A stretch of DNA of 64,000 nucleotides from Octopus sinensis (lineage: Eukaryota). The stretch is from positions 111,228,001-111,292,000 of the forward strand of contig NC_042999.1 of the NCBI RefSeq assembly GCF_006345805.1. Direction: 5' to 3'. The notes under the pieces were generated by a model that worked only from the letters and a program-made list of their open reading frames with translations, was not told the origin of the DNA and searched no databases. The position numbers and the translations under genes were made by a program. Positions 54,933 to 64,000 of the stretch are shown here, piece by piece; the first letter of the stretch is position 1, and every line of letters starts with the position of its first letter.

Positions 54933-55202
54933 GTTTATATATACATATGTTTTATATTCTTGTATTGGATATATAATATAACAATGCTAGGGGGAAGGAA
55001 GTATATGCACAATGCACTACTATTACACGCAACTCAACACTATGCCAAAGGTTCACTGTGAACTGCTTACCAACCTGAACTACCATTCGCTTACAGTTTT
55101 TTGTTTTCTAACAATGAGACTGTCCACCATTAGGCACTTGGTGGGGTGATCGGAATCCTTCCACAACAATATACATATGTATGTACGTATGTATGGATCT
55201 AA

Positions 55203-55239
<37 letters not shown>

Positions 55240-55537
55240 ATATGTTTATATATACATATGTTTTATATTCTTGTATTGGATATATAATATAACAATGCTA
55301 GGGGGAAGGAAGTATATGCACAATGCACTACTATTACACGCAACTCAACACTATGCCAAAGGTTCACTGTGAACTGCTTACCAACCTGAACTACCATTCG
55401 CTTACAGTTTTTTGTTTTCTAACAATGAGACTGTCCACCATTAGGCACTTGGTGGGGTGATCGGAATCCTTCCACAACAATATACATATGTATGTACGTA
55501 TGTATGGATCTAAATATATATATATATTATATATATA

Positions 55538-55552
<15 letters not shown>
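54931..55552. repeat. Tandem duplication, 311-bp period, two near-identical copies
   Basis: atgtttatatatacatatg starts at 54931 and 55242; units are bounded by (TA)n. Confidence 0.95.
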
Positions 55553-55595
<43 letters not shown>

Positions 55596-56227
55596 GTGTG
55601 TTTATGTGCATGTTTGTGTATGTGTGGGTGTCTGTATGTGTGTGTTGGTGAGAGTCAATATATGATTTAATTTTGTATGGTTACAGCCGTTTCATAATAT
55701 ACTTTCATTTACATCATCGACTCTGATTTTTAGGTACATGCGCAGTATATGCTTTTCCCATACACATCATATACATGTATGCGTACACATATCTGTACAT
55801 ATACAATTGTAATGTTGCATACCGATGCACCAAACAGAACTTCTGACCATTTTCTAACATCTTAGATTTGTCTCTTATCCACCAGGTAAAAGCTTTTATA
55901 CTTGGTGTAGGAAACTGGAAATGAGAACTTGCAAAAACATTTATAAGAGAAAGATAAAATTCTTCTGTAAAAAAGGGCTTTCTTTATAAAATGATTATAT
56001 AAAATCCCTTTGCAAAATATGTCCATATAAACGAACATCTCAAGCTCCGTATAAAGTTTTCCATTAGTAAAAAATTAACACTTCAAATGTAAATTTCCAA
56101 ATGCCCTAAAAAGAAAAATTAGGATCATTATACTCAATTAAACGATCGAAAATCAAATCAAACATAAAACTAAAAAGTATATTCAGCACATGAAGTGACC
56201 ACTCAGAAGTAGATAGCCAACTATTTC

Positions 56228-56255
56228 GACCACAACCGCACACCGCCCAATAAAA
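56228..56255. promoter_or_regulatory. Overlapping GC box and CCAAT motif
   Basis: cgaccacaaccgcacaccgcccaataaaa in an otherwise AT-rich non-repeat context. Confidence 0.3.
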
Positions 56256-56784
56256 ATAGAAAAAGAACTGTTGAAGACAATCAAGATTAACTAGATAAAA
56301 GGTTAACAAGTATAAAAGATTTATCCTGTGCATTAGAGACAACATCAAAGTCTAACAAAAATTAGGAGTTCTCTTTGAGTCATTGTTATGAAAGTATACA
56401 CATATGTGTGTGTGTTTGTGTATTTAATAATGTGTATATGAAACGTATATACTACCTGTGTACCTACGAATCAGTGGAAATGATGCAACCACAAGTGAAT
56501 TATGAAGCAGAAGTAGCTGTAACAAAGTGAAACTTATTTTATCCCTCGTCTCTTCTGGATTTTAATTATTTTCATAGATTTTCATGATTGTAATCATGTA
56601 AACTGATTGTCCGTTTCCTGACTAGATTATTTACTGTAAATTCCGCTGACTTTCGGAATCCAGTTCCCATTTCATTTGTATACACATAAACAATACATAA
56701 ATATAAATATAAATAGGGAAATGTCTAGAAATTATTTTATTAAACAATAATAACAATAATGATAAATATTTCTATTAAAGGGAC

Positions 56785-57527
56785 AAGACCTGAAATTTTA
56801 TGGAGGAGATTAGTCGATTACATCGACCACTGTGTTTCACTGGTACTTAATTTATAGGCAGCGAAAGGATAAAAAGCAATTTGGAATCTGAACATAGCGA
56901 CGGGCGGGCTGTCATGGCTTCTGATCGTAACTGATTGGAAGTGTTATCATGAACATTGTTTTTTCTTGGTAGAAAAGATGAGCTACAGCAAGTATTCTGC
57001 TCCATGCAACAGATTTGCTTGTCAGTTGTTTTACCTTAACCAGTTGAGCATGTTCCTTAGTGGCTAACGATATGTGCACATCTGATCACGAGCAGAAGTA
57101 GTGGCGGAGTATCATAGCCATGTGTTGAAAGGAATTCTTTAGGGTTTGGATAATTCACCTTCGGAAAACTATGTCGCGCACATATGGGTGTAATGCATGT
57201 GCCTAGTGTACCCTTATCAGACGGGTAGTCATGATGGTTATATTGGGCTTCGTATATTTTACCCCAGTGTCATTTTTGATGGTATGCACTGCTCTCTCAT
57301 TCAGTAATAATAATAATAATAATAGTTTCAAATTTTGCTACAAAGACGGACATTTTGTGGAGGGGATGTGTCTATTACATCGACCCTAGTGTTCAACTGG
57401 TACTTAAGTTATCGCCCCTGAAAGGATGAAAGGGAAAGATAACCTTGGCGGAATTTGAAAGTAGCGACGGGCGAAATACAGTTAAGCATTTAGCCCGGCG
57501 TCCAAATGAGTCTGCCAGCTCACCGCC

Positions 57528-57530
<3 letters not shown>
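56785..57530. mobile_element. Cluster of nested SINE-like repeats
   Basis: Nin-core copies on the minus strand (56785-56910 and 57325-57530) flank the second repeat family (56950-57165) and a third repeat (57181-57310). Confidence 0.7.
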
Positions 57531-57567
<37 letters not shown>

Positions 57568-57569
57568 TG

Positions 57570-57630
<61 letters not shown>

Positions 57631-57658
57631 TGATAATAATAATAATAACAACAACAAC

Positions 57659-57742
<84 letters not shown>

Positions 57743-57760
57743 AATAATAATCATAATAAT
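57528..57760. repeat. Long (AAT)n microsatellite
   Basis: Direct reading. Confidence 0.97.
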
Positions 57761-57946
57761 ACAAAAAGTGATAACACCCCATCACATCAAAAAAAGATGA
57801 TTATCTGATATACTTATCAGAGAACCACTTAATTTTTCGGAAGAAAATTCATCAAAAACTATAATCAGTCTTCAATATTGATCCGCTAATTTCTTTAGTC
57901 GGATAATTTTGGTGATAAAATAGGAAAAAATATAAATTTCGTGTAT

Positions 57947-57989
<43 letters not shown>

Positions 57990-57994
57990 TGTGT

Positions 57995-58052
<58 letters not shown>

Positions 58053-58423
58053 GTGTTCATGTATGTATGTGTGTACGTGGAACTATATGTGCGTATGTAG
58101 AGGAGGTGATTCATTTTCTGTGTGTCTATATAAGAATTTATTTGTGTATGCATAGGTATGTATATATGTCCTAGTCCCAAACTAATGGTGATGAAGGCGA
58201 GAATGGATATCTCAAGTTAGACACATGCACAAAAAATACTCACACAAATAAATGCACACACACACACACATATATTCACACGCACATGCTCGCACACGCC
58301 AATACATAATATGATGGTAATTTAAAGAATAAACAATTGAGACATTTAACATATGCATGCACATACATCGTCGTATGTTTATAGATTTGTGCACAGAAAA
58401 AACATACATATATCTATCTATCG

Positions 58424-58490
<67 letters not shown>

Positions 58491-58497
58491 GATCTAT

Positions 58498-58544
<47 letters not shown>

Positions 58545-58570
<26 letters not shown>

Positions 58571-60703
58571 ATGTATGTATGTATGTATATTATGTATGTA
58601 TGGATGTATACACACACAAACTTACAAATATATATATATTCATACATATATACGTACACACATATATGCATGCTTGCACGCACTCATTAAAACATACAAA
58701 AACACATCTATAAATTTTGATGTATCACTCAATTGTAACTAATAAGTAAATAGAAATAAAAGAGTAGAGAAGGAGACTGAAGATACCAATTTATATTAAT
58801 GAAGAACTGTCTTTTTTCCGATGAAACAATATATGTTAGTCTGAAATATTGATTGACAATTTCTCGGAATAAATAAATGAATGAGTAACACACACCACAC
58901 AAGCATACACACAGACGCGCACATACAAACCCACACTCCACACACAAATAGAGACACACACACATGTGCAAGAAATAAACAAACGCCTAAATTAGTATAT
59001 ACATATATAAATACATATTAAATAATTAAGAAAAAATGAAATCGTGCAGACAAAATTTCGAGAAAGTTTTTTAAAAAACATCTGGGTATGTATATACACG
59101 CACACATACGCACACATACAAACTTATACATGTATATTTGTGTATATATACACATACATATATACATAGATTGGTATGTATGGTATGTAGAAATGTATAT
59201 ATATATATATATGTATATGTATATATTTATGTATATGTGTGTATATGTATGTATATACCACATACATGTATATTATAAAAAAAACACATAGCAAATATTT
59301 ATTGCGTTTTATAAAATATTAGATCTTGCTCAATACAAAATAAAAAACACGAAATAGTAACCTATATTAGGAATGTATAAAATATCGAAGCGAATTTGCA
59401 TACAATGTAATAAATTTGTTATGAAAAAATTTTAAAAAAAGACATCATGTATTTGTGTTATAGCACCTTAATTTTATTGTTAATTCATACCTATTTATTT
59501 TTATATATCATTTATGCTGGCCAGCCAAACCAGAGTCGTGAAAATGCATATATATTGCAGTTCTTCCTTCTCTCTTTCTCTCTTTCAGTCTTTATGTCTA
59601 TCTATACATACATGCATTCAAGTATATATATATATATATATTATATATATATATGTATGTATGTATGTATATTATGTATGTATGGATGTATACACACACA
59701 AACTTACAAATATATATATATTCATACATATATACGTACACACATATATGCATGCTTGCACGCACTCATTAAAACATACAAAAACACATCTATAAATTTT
59801 GATGTATCACTCAATTGTAACTAATAAGTAAATAGAAATAAAAGAGTAGAGAAGGAGACTGAAGATACCAATTTATATTAATGAAGAACTGTCTTTTTTC
59901 CGATGAAACAATATATGTTAGTCTGAAATATTGATTGACAATTTCTCGGAATAAATAAATGAATGAGTAACACACACCACACAAGCATACACACAGACGC
60001 GCACATACAAACCCACACTCCACACACAAATAGAGACACACACACATGTGCAAGAAATAAACAAACGCCTAAATTAGTATATACATATATAAATACATAT
60101 TAAATAATTAAGAAAAAATGAAATCGTGCAGACAAAATTTCGAGAAAGTTTTTTAAAAAACATCTGGGTATGTATATACACGCACACATACGCACACATA
60201 CAAACTTATACATGTATATTTGTGTATATATACACATACATATACATAGATTGGTATGTATGGTATGTAGAAATGTATATATATATATATATGTATATGT
60301 ATATATTTATGTATATGTGTGTATATGTATGTATATACCACATACATGTATATTATAAAAAAAACACATAGCAAATATTTATTGCGTTTTATAAAATATT
60401 AGATCTTGCTCAATACAAAATAAAAAACACGAAATAGTAACCTATATTAGGAATGTATAAAATATCGAAGCGAATTTGCATACAATGTAATAAATTTGTT
60501 ATGAAAAAATTTTAAAAAAAGACATCATGTATTTGTGTTATAGCACCTTAATTTTATTGTTAATTCATACCTATTTATTTTTATATATCATTTATGCTGG
60601 CCAGCCAAACCAGAGTCGTGAAAATGCATATATATTGCAGTTCTTTCCTTCTCTCTTTCTCTCTTTCAGTCTTTATGTCTATCTATACATACATGCATTC
60701 AAG

Positions 60704-60730
<27 letters not shown>
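58545..60730. repeat. Tandem duplication, 1082-bp period, two near-identical copies
   Basis: Identical ORFs at 58729-58971 and 59811-60053 (offset 1082); junctions fall in (TA)n; only small indels are visible, such as ttcttcc versus ttctttcc. Confidence 0.95.
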
Positions 60731-60735
<5 letters not shown>

Positions 60736-60910
60736 TATAATACTTACACACGTATATGTATGTATGCAGCATTTGTTTGTATGCATATATATATCGCAAT
60801 TAAATATACTAGTGAGCACGTATTGTAAATATAGCAAATATATGAACTATCGTGACAAATTTGATACGTATATAGGCGTGTATACGTATACATGTACACA
60901 TATATGTACA

Positions 60911-60948
<38 letters not shown>

Positions 60949-61369
60949 CTCCATTACTTAGTATGTGTGTATTTATTTACTTGTATATGTGTGTATGTGT
61001 ATATATATTTATACGGCGGAGGAGATAGATGAATGGATACATACATATATAATATAAGAATGCCATATTAATATGGCGATAACAATTAATACATACATAT
61101 ATACGTACATTTATACATACATACATACATACATACATGCAGTTATGGCGTCAAATATAGACACGCTGGCATAGGGGACTGTTCATTCTCTCGGATAATG
61201 AATACCATCCCCTGCAATTTAAGTCATTAATACAAGCCCTTTAAAAAAATTGTAAAGCCTGTTATTTTCTTTGAATAAATGCAAAGAAATAACTATTTAT
61301 AAAAAGATTTCGTAGTAAATTCGTGAAATAACACGTTGAAAATTACTACTCCGTACACCATAGTGACAA

Positions 61370-64000
61370 ATGAACCCAGAGTTAGATATTAGAAATTGCA
61401 TAACTATCTATAAAAATTCCATTGAGCTTTCGAAATGAACGAAGACCTCTACTACATCTATAGAAATGTTAGGGAAGGATCCTCGATAGGCTGCATGAAG
61501 TGACTCAAAATATTGGGATACGAAATATCCAAATTTTCAGAGAAATAATTACGCCAGCAATCTACACTTGTTAGATTGAAATATGCTTTACCAAAACAAA
61601 TCACTCAACTAAAATATACAAATAATAATATTTGTATTGGAATCACAGCAAACGTTTTCTATGAGGAGACTTTGAACGGCGAGAAACACGATCAAAACGA
61701 ACACAAGAATAACAAACCGCCACTGTTAGGCTAATATGTGGCTACCGCTTATAATCTCACAAAAACAAACGAGGAATATAAAATATTAAAATCACAGCTT
61801 GCATTGCGGTTTAAGCAGAGCTTCTCTATGATCTATGGCACTGCATAGAGGAACACGAATTGCGAAAAATTCCGTCGAGTCGATGATATCTGCGATCGAC
61901 AAAATTACAAGAAAACAAGTAGCTTTTTGTACATTGAATGTGCTGGTATATTATGCTGCAATAACTGTGCACAAACAGATAAAGAGACCGATCCAAAGAA
62001 TAACACTGAGCCAAAATGAATTATCTCCCTCCAAAATAATATCAATGAACTCAGGAAAAACATAGGACAGTTGGACACTTTATCATCAGATGCAAATTTA
62101 CGAATGAATTTACCATCTACGACTACAGAATAGGTTCTTTAAATTCTACAGGAATTGCCAGCGAGAAATACACACACACAGATCGATAGCTCCTCCCAAG
62201 CTCGATCTATTAGCGGTAAGTGAAATTTTTTTTTTCTGTTAAAAGTTACATGAATGCAAAATGATAAACCGCAAGTTTGCTCAGAATCTCACGAGCTATA
62301 CAGCGCAGTACGAAAGGTAATACTAGCAAGATAGCAAGTGCTCCTCCCCAGAAGGACCTGCTGTGATATGCGGTATATAAATAAATAAAACAATCGCAAT
62401 GTAGTATAGTTAAACGAACTACGAAGTGAGAAGTGTATAAATGCATCCACCAAAATGTATAACATCACCAGTAAAATCCTATTGTCGACTATTATGAAAC
62501 TGCCGCATGGAGAATCACACGAGTGATACGTCTGATAGACTACTAGTGCAGAGTTCAAGTTTTTCAGAAAAATTCTCACGACTGTTTTGAAAAGTATCGA
62601 CGCCAAGCTAGATTAGTTGACTGCTGTGCGGACTTATCTTGTCCCTAAGAGCAAGAGACCCATGTCACCAAAACTACAGGCTCACAGCATGCTTGAATGG
62701 TGTGTGCAAACTGTATACAGGTTGTTTGAATATGTTTCCTCGAGACCACTGCCAAACAGATAGTGCGTTAACTGATGAACAGGCAGCAGGACAAAAAGCA
62801 GTCTAGGAAAGACTGGCCACAACATGGGCCACACAGTTACCACAGAGGTCTTCTAAAGCAACTTCTATAATTTCAAGCAGAAATGGATTATCAATGGCCA
62901 TATTTCAGGGTGATAGCTTATCTTTACATCTTGTACGAGTAGTGAACACCTAGCGAACACCTTTTAATAACTTTCAAGGTATCATTTTGGGATATGCAGA
63001 AAAGAATATAATTAATAATTTTTTGATGATCTAAGTAATATCCTGGTAACATAAACAGCAACAAAATATGGAAGCCGGAGCTGTTTCCATTTAATAAAAC
63101 CATATTTCACAATGCTTTTCCAGTGTCAGTGCTAACACCAACATTTGTGATATTGGACTGGACATTTGAGACCCGTAGCCTGGATATTATAACTACAATG
63201 AAACTAACCGCCACTGGCAACTACCACATCGACAGCAACATCGATAGGATCCATGCGAGGTAAATAGATAGTTTCAGACGCATAAGGTCAGTCCTACTTG
63301 CCTTTGAATGCTGAATTATGTCACTCAAGTAACACCTGCTGAACAGTAAGGACAGAAACGACTATATTACATGTATACTCAAATGTGAGAGCAACTACAT
63401 CTTCAGAGCAAGGGAAGAACACTTCAGTAATCACTGTGAAAATATTACTATTTCATGTGATCCAAAGGAGGCTGGAATGGCCTATCTAAACAGAATCTTG
63501 GAGGGGAGGCACTAGCAAAAAGCAACGCATGTGTATTTATGCCGTATGCTAGTAGATAGCAGCAACGACAGGAAAGGTATACTCCCCTGGACCTGTGATA
63601 GATACATTAAATATCACCAAGAAGAATATGACTTCGCTATCCAGAAACAAGCGATTACAACTAAATGCTTGAGAAACAAGAGAGACAAAAATACCACCAA
63701 AATTTCAAGATGTCATTTAAAAAATTGCCAGCTATGCTATAACTGTGAACAATATCATCCACATCTTCTGCGGCTGCCCCACAATGTTTACGAGATAACC
63801 CTATATGATATAGCTGCAAAAACTAGTTAAAATGTTATCGAGTGGCAGGATTATCTTGACGGACACATCGAAGGCAAGCCAAAACAATAATACCTACACA
63901 CCTTTAAAACAAGGAGTACTGGTTGAGTACTCCAATAAAATAGCATCTGGTGTAAACACAACAGACCTAAAATTTATTCTGTGGGATAAGAACTATTGTA
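61370..64000 (+). mobile_element. Near full-length degenerate Dong/R4-type LINE (RT, CCHC finger, start of REL region), running off the window end
   Basis: RTYLVPK..P.NYR..ACLN..YKL; IFQGDSLS at about 62900; FDDL at about 63025; WTCDRYIKYHQE..AIQKQAITTK..CQLC..HIFCGCP..AAKT. Confidence 0.88.

Noticed and set aside
54931-55552. 311-bp tandem unit as a possible retrozyme
   Set aside because: The size fits, but I found no CUGANGA..GAAA core on either strand.

Overview
AT-rich eukaryotic, mostly non-coding DNA. The repeat landscape (dense TA/CA/GATA/AAT microsatellites, tRNA-derived SINEs, Dong/R4, RTE and CR1/L2 LINEs, Penelope-like elements, piggyBac) is most consistent with an octopod cephalopod; this is inference. 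Almost all ORFs in the supplied track are microsatellite read-throughs or decayed transposon pieces. Recognisable elements: four Penelope-like (PLE) coding remnants, several PLE terminal-repeat fragments carrying hammerhead-ribozyme motifs (best at 35759-35848 on the minus strand and 14673-14718 on the plus strand), a near full-length Dong/R4 LINE at the right edge, an RTE fragment with a 16-bp target-site duplication, a decayed 2.9-kb piggyBac, two fold-back MITEs and two near-identical tandem duplications (311 and 1082 bp). A candidate minus-strand host gene is suggested by a signal-peptide-like exon (48428-48658) that splices in frame to a 175-nt exon (38410-38584), plus an alternative phase-compatible exon and several micro-exon candidates. 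It matches no family I recognise and its 3' part is unresolved. All alignments and folds were done by eye.
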